Source: Solirubrobacteraceae bacterium
GTDB taxonomy: Bacteria > Actinomycetota > Thermoleophilia > Solirubrobacterales > Solirubrobacteraceae
Direction: 5' to 3'
Assembly: GCA_049513255.1 (NCBI GenBank)
Contig: JBEKWH010000006.1
Location: forward strand, 80,890 to 144,889
DNA length: 64,000 nucleotides
The notes under the pieces: model-generated
What the model saw: the letters and a program-made list of their open reading frames with translations, nothing else
What the model was told of the DNA's origin: nothing
Databases searched by the model: none
Program-made: the position numbers and the translations under genes
Shown: piece by piece, positions 18,965 to 28,638 of the stretch
How the letters are laid out: each line of letters opens with the position of its first letter
Position numbering within the stretch: position 1 is the first letter of the stretch

Positions 18965-21900
18965 TCAGGCCGTCTGCCAGGAGGCGACCGCAGCGAGGTC
19001 GGCCGTCGGGCGCTCCTCTTCGAGCTCGACGGCTCCGGCGAAGACGCGCCCGGTCGCACCGTCGATGCTGATCTCCTCGCCTTCGGCGAGCTCGTGGTCG
19101 CCGATCGTCACTCGGCGTCGATCGAGATCGATGTCCATGTCGGTCGCGCCCACTACGCACGGCCTGCCAAGCTCGCGCGCGACGACGGCGGCATGCGAGG
19201 TGCTTCCGCCGCTGCTCGTGAGCAGTCCCGCCGCGACGATCAGCCCGGCGAGATCCTCGGTGCTGGTCTCGCGCCGCACCAGAACGGGACTGCGGCCGGC
19301 GCCGGCGAGGCGCTTGGCGGCTTGAACGTCGAGCGCGATCGGACCGCTTGCGACGCCGGTGCTGACCGGCTGCGCTCGGCAGAGCTCGTGAGCTCCGTCA
19401 TTCTCGCGCACATGCGTGCGATGGATGCTCTGCAGGTCGAGGCCCGCGAGTCGCTCGCGCGCCTCGGTCGTGGAGAGCAGGGATTCGCGGACCTGATCCA
19501 CAGCGATGTGCAAGCTCGCCCACGGGGTGCACTTGGCGGGCCGTGTCTGCAGCAGGAAGAGCTTGCCCTCCTCCAGGGTGAACTCGAACTCCTGGGCGTC
19601 GTGGAACTCTCGCTCGAGCACACGACAGATCTCCAGCAGGCGATGGTGGACCTCGGGTGCCAGCAGCGCCAGCTGCCCGACCTCGTCGGGCGTGTGGCGC
19701 CCACTGACGAGATCCTCGCCTTGCGCGTCGCGCAGGAACTCGATCGAGGGACGGTGCTCGCCGGTGACAGGATCGCGGGTGAAGCCGACGCCGGAGCCGG
19801 ATAGGCCGCCGGCGTTGCCGAAGACCATGCGCTGCAGGATGACCGCGGTGCCGAGCGTCTCGGGAAGATCGTGCAGGCGCCGGTAGTCGCGCGCCTTGGG
19901 CGCATCCCACGACTCCAGCACCGCTCGCACGGCTGCCTGCACCTGATCGATCGGGTTCTGCGGGAACGACTTGCCGGTTGCGGCGCGAAACAGCCCCAGG
20001 TGCTCAGCGGTGAGCTCAGCGAGCGTGCCCGCGTCCAGGTCGCGCGGGCGCTGTACGCCGGCTGCCTGTATGCGCGTGGCGGTGGCCCGCTCGAACGACT
20101 CCATCGGGCAGCGGGCGACGACACGGGCATAGGACTCGACCAGCCGTCGATAAGAGTCCCAGGCCAGCCGCGGGTTGCCGGTCAAGGCGATCAGGCCCTC
20201 GACGCTCTCATCGCACAAGCCGACGTTCAGCACCGTCTCGAGCATGCCCGGCATCGACGCGGGAGCGCCCGAGCGCACCGACAGGATCAGCGGGCGCCGC
20301 GCGCTTGCGAGGCGCAGGCCGCTGCGCTCCTGCAGCGCGCTCAGCGCAGCGGAGACGAGCGTCCGCACCCGCGCCTCGCCATGACCCGACGCGAAGCTCC
20401 GGTATGCCCCGGTGCCTAGAATCGCCGCGTCGGGAACGGGCAGCTTGGCGCGCGCCATCCGCGCGAGGCCGTAACCCTTGGCGCCGATCGACGCCGCATC
20501 GGGGACCTCGCCGTCCCCGCGCCCGACGACATACAGCTCATCGATCGCGCTGCTCTCATCGCGCGCGGGCAGCACTCGCGCCGAGGACGGCTCCGGCTGC
20601 GCCGCGAGAGGCTCAGAGCGCACCACGTTGCCGAGCACCTGGCGCCGCAGCAGCTGCGCGGCGCGCATCAACGCGTCCGCCGCTTCCTCACACGCCTGCG
20701 TCGCCTGCGCGAGGACGAACAGCTCCCCAGCCGCCTCGACCTCCCGCACGAGCGCCGCCTGCACCTCGCGCAGCCCCTCGTCGGCGTCGCGCTCCAACTC
20801 CACGATCCGATGAGTGGTCTCGAGGAACACGCCCATGTCCTCGCTGGGACCGCCGCGGTGGATCTCGCGGGCGAGATGCACCGCACGCAGATGACACCGG
20901 GCCGCCTCGAGCACCAGCGCCATCATCTGTCGTGACTGGCCCAGCACGGCCCCCGCAACGCGGCCTTGAGGCAGCAGCGACCACGAGAACGCAGCCTCCT
21001 CGAATGCGTCGGCCACGTCGTCCGCCTGCTGCACGAGCTCGAGGAAGAACGCCGGCTCCTCCGCGCGCGCACAGGCTCCACGGACGTCGTTGACCAGTTT
21101 GTCGGCGCGCTGCTCCCACTCGCGCGCGAGCCGCGCCATCTCGCCTCGATCCTGGCTTGGACGCTCGAGCGCCGCCTGCTCCAGCGCGTCGCGCGCCGCC
21201 TCACCGAGCGATACGACCAGCTCGGCGTGCGCGGCGATCAGCTCGAACAGCTCCTGGCGAGCGGTGCGCACGTAGCCGATCAGCTCGGCGCGCACCTCAT
21301 CGGCCACCAGCGATGGAGACTGTCCCGCGAGCAGGCCCTCGGAGCAGATCCGCAGGACGGCACGCAGATACGAGACGGCGGCAGGCGCGCCGAGCACGTC
21401 GATCAGCGAATCGCCCGCCCGCGTGCTCCGCCCACCGGCGAAGGTCAACGCGTCGTACACGAGCTGATCGCCGCCGGCAAGCAGAAACGCCATGTGCCCG
21501 AACTCGCGCTCCGCGGCCCAGTCCAGCAGCTCGACCGCAGCCCGGTTCCCGACGAGCCGGCGAAGCCGCTTGCGCGCGCGGTTCCAGTCGATCAGGAAGA
21601 CCATGCGCGACCCGAGCAGCTCCAGAAACGCGACGAGCTCGGCGTCATCGCCCGCCGTGAAGCAGCCGACGGCGAGGTGATAGACACCCTCGCCCGTGGC
21701 GCCCTCACGACGCGAGCGCGTGTCCTGCCAGCGCAGCTCCTGAGCGGACAGCATCCGCTGGAAGAACAGCAGCCGAGCCAGGTGCACGTCCGTGTAGATC
21801 ACCGTGACCTCGCGCTCGATGATCTTCACCACGACCACATGCACGTCGGTCTCGCCGATGTCGTTCTGCACGACCAGCGCATCGCCGCTGCGCGTGGCCA

Positions 21901-22546
21901 CGGTCGCAAGGCCGGGATGCGCGAAACGCAAACGCTGGGTGCGCTCTACACCACGCGCGAACGCTCCCACCAACGGACGATCGGCCGCCCCGATCCCGTA
22001 CGCCAGCGCCCCCGAGATCGATTCGCTCGCCAGGCTCCCCGCGAGCTGGTTGAGCTCGCGATGAGCGTCCATCACGACGAGGTGAAGGCTGTCGTGATCA
22101 CCCCGCCGGGCGCTCGTCAACCGCGAGATGTCCTGCGCCGTGATCGCGTCTGCGGCAGGCTGCACAGCGTCCCCAAGCTGGCGCAGGCGCTCGTCGAGCT
22201 GCTGAGCGGCGCCGATTCCGGCTACCTCCAATGGGACGAGCATCGTCCGCACCTCCTCGAACGCCATGCGAACCAAGCCCTCGGCCCCGGGAATCAGGTA
22301 GTCGCCATCCTCGCCTCGTGCGCTGGAGCGCACGACGCGATCGAGATCCGCGTCCGAGACACCGCTGGCGAGGCGCTCCTCACGCAGATCGGATGCCCCC
22401 GCATCACCGTCCGCTGCGGCCTGCGCGTTTTGCAGAAGCGTGAGCAGATACTTGACCCGGTCGTTTGCCGCAAGCGCCTTGCCCACCAGCCCCGGCAACA
22501 GCAGCTCGTGCTCGCCAAGCGTCTCGATGATGCGCTCCTTCGACAT
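18965..22546 (-). CDS. Fusion of a PhoU/DUF47-like N-terminal region to a PPDK ATP-grasp plus phospho-His domain, lacking the C-terminal PEP/pyruvate domain
   Basis: PPDK motifs IGAKG, LILSVRSGAPASMPGMLETVLN, GEDLVSG, QEFEFT..KLFLLQTR and GGSTSHAAVVAR. The protein stops right after the His domain (ASWQTA*). Helical E..AD / DDVAD.FEEAA repeats occur in the N-terminal half. Confidence 0.85.
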   Translation of the reverse strand: MSKERIIETLGEHELLLPGLVGKALAANDRVKYLLTLLQNAQAAADGDAGASDLREERLASGVSDADLDRVVRSSARGEDGDYLIPGAEGLVRMAFEEVRTMLVPLEVAGIGAAQQLDERLRQLGDAVQPAADAITAQDISRLTSARRGDHDSLHLVVMDAHRELNQLAGSLASESISGALAYGIGAADRPLVGAFARGVERTQRLRFAHPGLATVATRSGDALVVQNDIGETDVHVVVVKIIEREVTVIYTDVHLARLLFFQRMLSAQELRWQDTRSRREGATGEGVYHLAVGCFTAGDDAELVAFLELLGSRMVFLIDWNRARKRLRRLVGNRAAVELLDWAAEREFGHMAFLLAGGDQLVYDALTFAGGRSTRAGDSLIDVLGAPAAVSYLRAVLRICSEGLLAGQSPSLVADEVRAELIGYVRTARQELFELIAAHAELVVSLGEAARDALEQAALERPSQDRGEMARLAREWEQRADKLVNDVRGACARAEEPAFFLELVQQADDVADAFEEAAFSWSLLPQGRVAGAVLGQSRQMMALVLEAARCHLRAVHLAREIHRGGPSEDMGVFLETTHRIVELERDADEGLREVQAALVREVEAAGELFVLAQATQACEEAADALMRAAQLLRRQVLGNVVRSEPLAAQPEPSSARVLPARDESSAIDELYVVGRGDGEVPDAASIGAKGYGLARMARAKLPVPDAAILGTGAYRSFASGHGEARVRTLVSAALSALQERSGLRLASARRPLILSVRSGAPASMPGMLETVLNVGLCDESVEGLIALTGNPRLAWDSYRRLVESYARVVARCPMESFERATATRIQAAGVQRPRDLDAGTLAELTAEHLGLFRAATGKSFPQNPIDQVQAAVRAVLESWDAPKARDYRRLHDLPETLGTAVILQRMVFGNAGGLSGSGVGFTRDPVTGEHRPSIEFLRDAQGEDLVSGRHTPDEVGQLALLAPEVHHRLLEICRVLEREFHDAQEFEFTLEEGKLFLLQTRPAKCTPWASLHIAVDQVRESLLSTTEARERLAGLDLQSIHRTHVRENDGAHELCRAQPVSTGVASGPIALDVQAAKRLAGAGRSPVLVRRETSTEDLAGLIVAAGLLTSSGGSTSHAAVVARELGRPCVVGATDMDIDLDRRRVTIGDHELAEGEEISIDGATGRVFAGAVELEEERPTADLAAVASWQTA

Positions 22547-22622
22547 CTGCCTCCCCTCCGGGTTCGATGTGTGACCAGTTGCGCGGCGACATCGACGCTA
22601 GCTCGCGGCGCCGACGCGCGCA

Positions 22623-22660
22623 TCGGATAAATCCCGCACGGCGCTGCGGCAAATGCCGGA
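22623..22660. promoter_or_regulatory. Two putative 16-bp regulator sites 22 bp apart upstream of the PPDK-like operon
   Basis: TCGGATAAATCCCGCA (22623) and TGCGGCAAATGCCGGA (22645). Confidence 0.6.
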
Positions 22661-22699
22661 CCCGGCCGTCCTCGCGCGCCTGACTCTCCCCAATCGCTG

Positions 22700-23179
22700 T
22701 CAGCTGCTCACGTCCTTCATCCGCCGCCCGTCCTCGAGGTAGACGCAATGCTTGCACGCCGTCGCCGCCAGCACCCGACGCCGAACCGGCCCGCTCAGCA
22801 GCGCGGCGGCCCCTGTCGCCTCGACGAACCGGTGCTCGTCGATCTCGACGCCGTCGACAGCGATCCTCGCCAGGGTCTCGTCAGGCAGGCGCCCGCAGTC
22901 GAACAGGAAGCGCACACCGCCGGGACGACCGGGACGCGGTTTCAGGAAGTCGACGCAGGCGAGCCGGCTGCGTTTGATCTCGAGGCGGCACTCCTCGAAG
23001 GTCTCGCGCCGGCACGCCTGCCAGGGCGACTCGCCGGCTTCCTCGATCTGGCCGCCGGGGATCGTCCATCCCGCCTTGTAGGTGGGCTTCAGGATCAGCA
23101 GCCGCCCGGCTTCGTCGAAGATCAGCGCTCCCGCCGAGGCGGGAATCCGCGGCAGCACGCGGGGCGGCTCGGCAGACAT
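22700..23179 (-). CDS. NUDIX hydrolase
   Basis: Nudix box WTIPGGQIEEAGESPWQACRRETFEE. Confidence 0.92.
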   Translation of the reverse strand: MSAEPPRVLPRIPASAGALIFDEAGRLLILKPTYKAGWTIPGGQIEEAGESPWQACRRETFEECRLEIKRSRLACVDFLKPRPGRPGGVRFLFDCGRLPDETLARIAVDGVEIDEHRFVEATGAAALLSGPVRRRVLAATACKHCVYLEDGRRMKDVSS

Positions 23180-23349
23180 CCCGGTCAGAGCGTAGAGCAG
23201 CTCCGTCCAACCGGACCCCGAGCGTGAGGTCCGTAGTCCTCACGGAGACGCCCGCGCGGCTTACCCCGATGTGCGCCCGGGCTCCACCGGAATAGCTTGG
23301 AGGGGTCCCGATGGATCACATCTGCAACCGGGCCCAACAAGGAGTCAGC

Positions 23350-23721
23350 ATGAACGTCACAACTCAAGAGCTCGCTGCCGAGAGATGGGCGGAGTACTTC
23401 GACTCAATCGCCCCCAGCGTCGAAGGGCTGCTGGTCACGATCGAGGTCATGAGCGAGGAGCTGGGTGACCAGACCGACGTCGAGCGGCTGCCGCTGCAGA
23501 CGATCGGCTACGACCACAAGGACAACGTGCTGGAGGTCGGCGTCGGTGGGCGCACGCCGCGCTTTCCGGTCGTGCTGCGGCACTTCATCTCCAGCCCGCA
23601 GACGATCGCGGTCGAGGAGTCAGGTCAACCAGCCCCGAGTGCGATCCTCGTCACGGACGCAAGCGGCGATCGCACGCTGATTCGCCTGTTCAAGCCCGCC
23701 ACCATCGAGGCATTGACATGA
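23350..23721 (+). CDS. DUF5335 family protein
   Basis: W..YFD.I...VTIEV..EELGDQ...LPL..I.YD.KDNVLEV pattern; RBS AGGAG. Confidence 0.75.
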   Translation: MNVTTQELAAERWAEYFDSIAPSVEGLLVTIEVMSEELGDQTDVERLPLQTIGYDHKDNVLEVGVGGRTPRFPVVLRHFISSPQTIAVEESGQPAPSAILVTDASGDRTLIRLFKPATIEALT

Positions 23722-24146
23722 GTGACACCGAGCCGAGCATCATCCAGCACAGCGTCGAAAAGACACACATCTGGCTGAACGAGGTCGCCGCGGCGCTGGG
23801 CGATGACGACCGCCAGTACGCCTACCGCGCGCTGCGCGCGGTGCTGCACGCGTTGCGGGACCGTCTGACCGTCGACGTGGCGGCCAAGCTCGCCGCCCAG
23901 CTGCCGACGCTGATCCGCGGCGTCTACTACGAAGACTGGGATCCCAGCCGCACACCGCTGGCCATCCACGACGTGGGGACGTTTCTCGACCATGTCGCCG
24001 AGGAGGGCCACATGGCTGGAGAGACCGAGGCGTCGCTCGCGGTCACCGCGGTCGCACGGGTGCTGCGGGCGCACGTCTCCGACGGCGAGATCGACGGCCT
24101 GCTGGCGGTCCTGCCCGACAGCTTCAAGCCGCTGATAACCGCTTGA
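23718..24146 (+). CDS. DUF2267 family protein
   Basis: KTHIWL.EV, AYRALRAVLHALRDRL and QLPTLIRGVYYE motifs. Confidence 0.9.
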   Translation: MSDTEPSIIQHSVEKTHIWLNEVAAALGDDDRQYAYRALRAVLHALRDRLTVDVAAKLAAQLPTLIRGVYYEDWDPSRTPLAIHDVGTFLDHVAEEGHMAGETEASLAVTAVARVLRAHVSDGEIDGLLAVLPDSFKPLITA

Positions 24147-24160
24147 GGAGGTGACAGCCG

Positions 24161-24550
24161 ATGTTCAAGAACGTGCTCGTGGGAGTTGATGGGAGGGCCA
24201 ATGGCCGCGACGCGATCGCACTGGCCACGCAACTGGTGGATCCCGATGGGAAGCTGACGCTTGCGCATGTGCACCGCGACGAAGCGGCAGAGCGCGAGTA
24301 CTCGCACAAGCTGCTGGAGCATGAGCGCAGCGGGGCCGCCGTCGAGGCCGAGCTCGTCAGCGTCGCCTCGACGAGTCCCGGCGCCGGCCTTCACCAGCAG
24401 GCGAGGGAGCTGGGCGCAGATCTGCTCGTGGTCGGCTCCTGCAGTCACGGAGTCCTCGGACGCGTGCTGCTGGGCGACGACTTGCGCGACGCCCTGGACG
24501 GCGCTCCCTGCACGGTCGCGGTCGCGATTCAGGGCTACGCCGGGCAGTAG
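24161..24550 (+). CDS. Universal stress protein (single domain, possibly truncated)
   Basis: MFKNVLVGVDG and ADLLVVGS..HG.LGRVLLG..APC.VAV motifs. Confidence 0.85.
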   Translation: MFKNVLVGVDGRANGRDAIALATQLVDPDGKLTLAHVHRDEAAEREYSHKLLEHERSGAAVEAELVSVASTSPGAGLHQQARELGADLLVVGSCSHGVLGRVLLGDDLRDALDGAPCTVAVAIQGYAGQ

Positions 24551-25911
24551 CGCCGAAGCCAGTCGATCGCCAGGCGGCTGACCTCTTCCAGCGCGCCGGG
24601 CTCCTCGAAGAGATGCGTTGCTCCCGGCACGACGGCGAGCTCGCTGGGGCAGCGCAGCTGCCGCTGGGCTTCGCGGTTGAGCTCGAGCACCTGATGGTCG
24701 GCGCCACCGACGATCAGCAGCGTCGGCGCGCTCACGGCGCCAAGGTCCTGTGCGAGATCGGGACGTCCACCGCGCGAGATCACCGCGAACACTCGATCTC
24801 CCAGCTCTGCGGCGGCCGTCAGGGCGGCTGCCGCGCCCGTGGAGGCGCCGAAGTAGGCGAGCTCGAGACTCGCGGACACGCTGCGCTCTGAAAGCCAGGT
24901 GCTTGCCGCGACGAGCCGTGAGGCGAGCAGCGGGATGTCGAAGACGTTGGCCCGGTCGAGCTCCTCGCGCGGGGTGAGCAGGTCGAGCAGCAGCGTCGCG
25001 TAGCCAGCTTCGTTCAGCGTCCGCGCCACCGCCCGGTTACGCGGGCTGAGTCGGCTCGAGCCGCTGCCGTGAGCGAACGCGACGATGCCCTCGGCGCCTG
25101 TCGGGATGTTGAGCTCGCCGGCGAGCGACACGTATGGATCGAGCGCGATCGTGACCTCATACGAGAGCGGCGCAGCACCCGCTGGCGGGCGTGCAGCGCG
25201 CTTGACCGCGTCGTCCAGCAGCGCGGCCACCTCCTCGTCGGTGGTCGGCTCGAAGTCGTCATACCAGAGGCCGACCGCCCACAGGTCCTCCGGCATCTCC
25301 ACGCAGACGATCTCATCTGCCTCCTCGCGCAGCGCTTCCACCGACGCCGGCGCCGCGACGGGCACGGCGAGGATCACGCGGGCGGCGCCGCGCTCGCGCA
25401 GCGACCGCAGCGCCGCCCGCGCGGAGCGGCCTGTCGCGAGGCCGTCGTCGACGAGAATCGCGGTGCGCCCGGTCAGCTCGACCGCCGCGCGGCTCGCGCG
25501 GTAGCGACGAGTCCGCCCGGAGAGCTCGCTCGCGACCCGTCCGATCAGCGCTTGCAGTTCGGCGTGGGAGAGGCCGATCGCACGCACGGTCTCATCGCTG
25601 AGCACCTGCACGCCACCCTCCGCGAGCGCACCGATGGCGTACTCGGGATTCTGCGGCGCCCCGATCTTGCGCACTACCACCACGTCGAGCGGCGCACCGA
25701 GCGCGCGTGCGACCTCGGCGGCCACCGGTACCCCGCCGCGAGGAATGCCGATGATCACCGGCTGCTCGTCGCGGAACCGCTCGAGTCTGGTTGCCAGCCG
25801 TCGTCCCGCATCCTGCCGGTCCTTGAAGCGCGCCCCGGATGGGGCGAGCAGCGGCGGGTCGTCGAGACAGGTGACGGCGCCCGTGCGGTGGGGGATCGAC
25901 CGTGCAGCCAT
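24535..25911 (-). CDS. Phosphoribosyltransferase - dienelactone-hydrolase-like fusion (Rv0571c/Rv2030c-like)
   Basis: FKDRQDAG, PRGGVPV and VDDGLATG motifs, then HGSGSSRLSPRN, YFGASTGA, SRGGRPDLA and ATHLFEEPG. Confidence 0.92.
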   Translation of the reverse strand: MAARSIPHRTGAVTCLDDPPLLAPSGARFKDRQDAGRRLATRLERFRDEQPVIIGIPRGGVPVAAEVARALGAPLDVVVVRKIGAPQNPEYAIGALAEGGVQVLSDETVRAIGLSHAELQALIGRVASELSGRTRRYRASRAAVELTGRTAILVDDGLATGRSARAALRSLRERGAARVILAVPVAAPASVEALREEADEIVCVEMPEDLWAVGLWYDDFEPTTDEEVAALLDDAVKRAARPPAGAAPLSYEVTIALDPYVSLAGELNIPTGAEGIVAFAHGSGSSRLSPRNRAVARTLNEAGYATLLLDLLTPREELDRANVFDIPLLASRLVAASTWLSERSVSASLELAYFGASTGAAAALTAAAELGDRVFAVISRGGRPDLAQDLGAVSAPTLLIVGGADHQVLELNREAQRQLRCPSELAVVPGATHLFEEPGALEEVSRLAIDWLRRYCPA

Positions 25912-25995
25912 GGTCTAAGCACCGTAGGGCTTCGCCGGCGCCCTCGCATCGGGGTGGATCACGGCGATCGCCGCGGCCTTCTACCGAGATGACGC

Positions 25996-28629
25996 TCAAT
26001 CGAGGTCGACGATGCGTCCGTCGTGCAGGAGCGGTAGCGAGCGTATGCGCACGCCGCAGGCGTCGAAGACGGCGTTCGCGATCGCCGGCGCGATCGCGAT
26101 GATCGGCGTCTCGCCGGCGCCCGCGGAGGGGATCTCCGGCCGGTCGACGAGCACGAGCTCGATCGACGGCACGTCGCTGAAGCGTGGCACCCGGTAGTCG
26201 CGCAGCGACGCGTTCGTGATGCGCCCGTCGGTGAAATGGACGGACTCGAACAGCGCGCCGCCGAGGCCCATCACGAGCGCGCCTTCGATCTGGCTCTCGA
26301 CGTTGGCGGGGTTGACGATCGCCCCGCAGTCGTACGCGGTGACGATCCGTAGGATCTCGAGCCTCCCGCCCTCCACCAGCACGTGCGCGCAGGTGGCGAC
26401 GCGGCCCTCCTTTTCGATCCCGCCCGCGATCCCGAGGCCGTAGCCCTCCTGGGCCTGGCTGCGCGTGCGGGCCCACTGCACGCGCTCGGCCGCCGCACGC
26501 AGCACCTCGGCGAGGCGATCGTCGGCGACGTTCTGCAGGCGCAGCTCGAACGGGTCCCTCCCGAGCGCGTGGGCGATCTCGTCGACGTGCGACTCGCGCG
26601 CGAAGTTGTTGGCGGTGGACGCCAGCGCGCGGTATGCGCCCTGCGGCAGCGGCGAGTCGGCGGGCTGGAAGGCGAGGTGCGTGTCGGCGATCGCGTACGG
26701 CGGCCACAGGCCGGGCGAGCCGGCATTGAGGTCGCGGAACTCCCATGCGCAGATCGTGCCGTCACGGCGGGCGCCGCTGCGCACGTCGACGACCGCCGCC
26801 GGGCGCACGAACGTGTGGCGAAACTCCTCCTCGCGGGTGAGCGCGACGCGCACCGGCGCGCCGGCCGCGCGCGCGAGGCAGGCGGCGGCGACCGCCTCGG
26901 CCTCGGTGTGCTTGGAGCCGAAGCCGCCGCCGAAGTCGGGCACGATCACGCGCACCTGCTCCTCGGCGACGCCGAGGGCGGCCGCGAGCTCGTAGCGCAC
27001 GAAGAACGGCTGCTGCGTTCCCGTCCACACCGTCAGGCGCTCGCCCTCCCACTCGGCCAGCGCGACACGCGTCTCGAGCGTGGCGTGCGCGACGTACGCG
27101 GTGGTGTAGGTCGCTTCGAGGCGAACGTCAGCGGCGGCGAGCGCACGCTCGACCTCGCCGCTGCGCTCCTCGACGGGCCCCTGCCAGCCGAGCGCCTCGG
27201 CCGGATGCGACCGCAGGTGGGCGACGAGCTCGGACTCGTCGGGCTGGCGCGCGCAGCTCCAGTCCGCGTCGATCGCCGCGAGCGCCCGGGCGGCGGTCTC
27301 GCGCTCGGCGCCAGCCACCGCCACGAGCTCCCCCTCGTGCACGGCCGTCACGCCGGCCACTTCCCGCGCGCGGGCGAGGTCGACCGACTTCAACACCGCG
27401 CCGTAGGCGGGTGCGCGAAGGATCAGCCCGTGCAGCATCCCCGGTCGGCTGACGTCCGAGGGAAAGCGGTGCGTCCCGGTCACGAGCGCGAGCCCTTGCG
27501 CGGGCAGGGTGGGGCGGCCCTCCAGGCGCCTGCCGGCGGGCGCGGTCGCCGGCGTCCCCCCCGCGGCGCTCGCCACGCGACGCAGGCCCCGCACGAGCTC
27601 CCCGTAGGGGAGCGCCTCCCCGCTGCCGTGCACCGCGCCGTCGCGCGCCTCGAGCTTCTCCGCTGCCTCGCTCGCACCGGTCGTCCCGGACAGCCGCCCG
27701 GCGGCCAGCTCGACCAGGAGCTCGCGGGCCGCGGCGGCGATGGTGGCGAGGTCCTCGCCGGCGTCGGGTAGCGAGCGGCTCCCGAACGTGCCCGGGTCGG
27801 ACGGGCACAGGTCGGTGTCGCCCATCGCCAGGCGCACGTCCGCTAAGGGCACGCGCAGCTCCTCGGCGACGAGCATGGACAGCGCCGTGCGGTTGTCCTC
27901 GCCCATGTTGATCTTCCCCGTGAAGGCCGTGATGACACCGTCGGCGCCGACGTGCAGCCAGGCGCCGCCGCTTTCGCTCCCGGGGCCGTATCCAGTGCGC
28001 GCCGCAGGCTCGAGGACGACGGCGAGCCCGTCACCCAGCAACTCGAAGTACTCGCGCTCGTGCGCGGGCGTGCGATCCCATGGACGCGCGGGACGAAAGT
28101 CGCTGAAGATCGGGGCGGGCGAGGGGGCGTCCGCCCGCGCGGGCGCGCCCCCGGGCGCGGACGCGCCCGCCTGCTCGCCCGCGCCCGCGGCGCGGAGCAC
28201 CGCGCGCTCGATGCGGGCGTATGCGCAGCAGCGGCAGACGTGCCCCTCCAGCGCGGATCGCACCTCATGCGAGGTGGGGCTGTCGTTGTGCGCCAGCAGC
28301 GCCGCGGCGGAGAGGATCATCCCGGGCGTGCAGTAGCCGCACTGAAAGGCGCTCTCGGCGATGAAGGCGCGCTGCAGGCGGTGGAGCCGTTCGGCGGTCG
28401 CGATCCCGGCGATCGTGGTGACCGACCGCCCCGCCGCCTCGGAGGCGGGCGTCACGCACGCGCGGACCGGCGCGCCGTCGAGCAGCACCGTGCACGCGCC
28501 GCAGGCCCCTTCGCCGCAGGCGGGCTTGGGGCCGGTGAGATCGAGGTCGTGGCGCAGGAGCTCGAGCAGCGAGCGTCCGGAAAGCGACGCGCGCTGCTCG
28601 ATGCCGTCGACCGTGACGTTGTCCATCAC
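25996..28629 (-). CDS. Molybdopterin-dependent oxidoreductase (xanthine dehydrogenase/IorAB family) with fused N-terminal 2x[2Fe-2S] subunit
   Basis: CGEGACGAC, QCGYC and CRC Fe-S motifs, then GGGFGSK, AYRA, QIEG and GAGE Mo-cofactor motifs. Confidence 0.9.
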   Translation of the reverse strand: MMDNVTVDGIEQRASLSGRSLLELLRHDLDLTGPKPACGEGACGACTVLLDGAPVRACVTPASEAAGRSVTTIAGIATAERLHRLQRAFIAESAFQCGYCTPGMILSAAALLAHNDSPTSHEVRSALEGHVCRCCAYARIERAVLRAAGAGEQAGASAPGGAPARADAPSPAPIFSDFRPARPWDRTPAHEREYFELLGDGLAVVLEPAARTGYGPGSESGGAWLHVGADGVITAFTGKINMGEDNRTALSMLVAEELRVPLADVRLAMGDTDLCPSDPGTFGSRSLPDAGEDLATIAAAARELLVELAAGRLSGTTGASEAAEKLEARDGAVHGSGEALPYGELVRGLRRVASAAGGTPATAPAGRRLEGRPTLPAQGLALVTGTHRFPSDVSRPGMLHGLILRAPAYGAVLKSVDLARAREVAGVTAVHEGELVAVAGAERETAARALAAIDADWSCARQPDESELVAHLRSHPAEALGWQGPVEERSGEVERALAAADVRLEATYTTAYVAHATLETRVALAEWEGERLTVWTGTQQPFFVRYELAAALGVAEEQVRVIVPDFGGGFGSKHTEAEAVAAACLARAAGAPVRVALTREEEFRHTFVRPAAVVDVRSGARRDGTICAWEFRDLNAGSPGLWPPYAIADTHLAFQPADSPLPQGAYRALASTANNFARESHVDEIAHALGRDPFELRLQNVADDRLAEVLRAAAERVQWARTRSQAQEGYGLGIAGGIEKEGRVATCAHVLVEGGRLEILRIVTAYDCGAIVNPANVESQIEGALVMGLGGALFESVHFTDGRITNASLRDYRVPRFSDVPSIELVLVDRPEIPSAGAGETPIIAIAPAIANAVFDACGVRIRSLPLLHDGRIVDLD

Positions 28630-28638
28630 TGGACGCTA

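Noticed and set aside
18965-22546. Canonical pyruvate phosphate dikinase or rifampin phosphotransferase
   Set aside because: There is no C-terminal PEP/pyruvate barrel, and no rifampin-binding domain between the ATP-grasp and His domains.
24161-24550. USP pseudogene
   Set aside because: It may be a truncated two-domain USP, but single-domain USPs are common and the ORF is intact.
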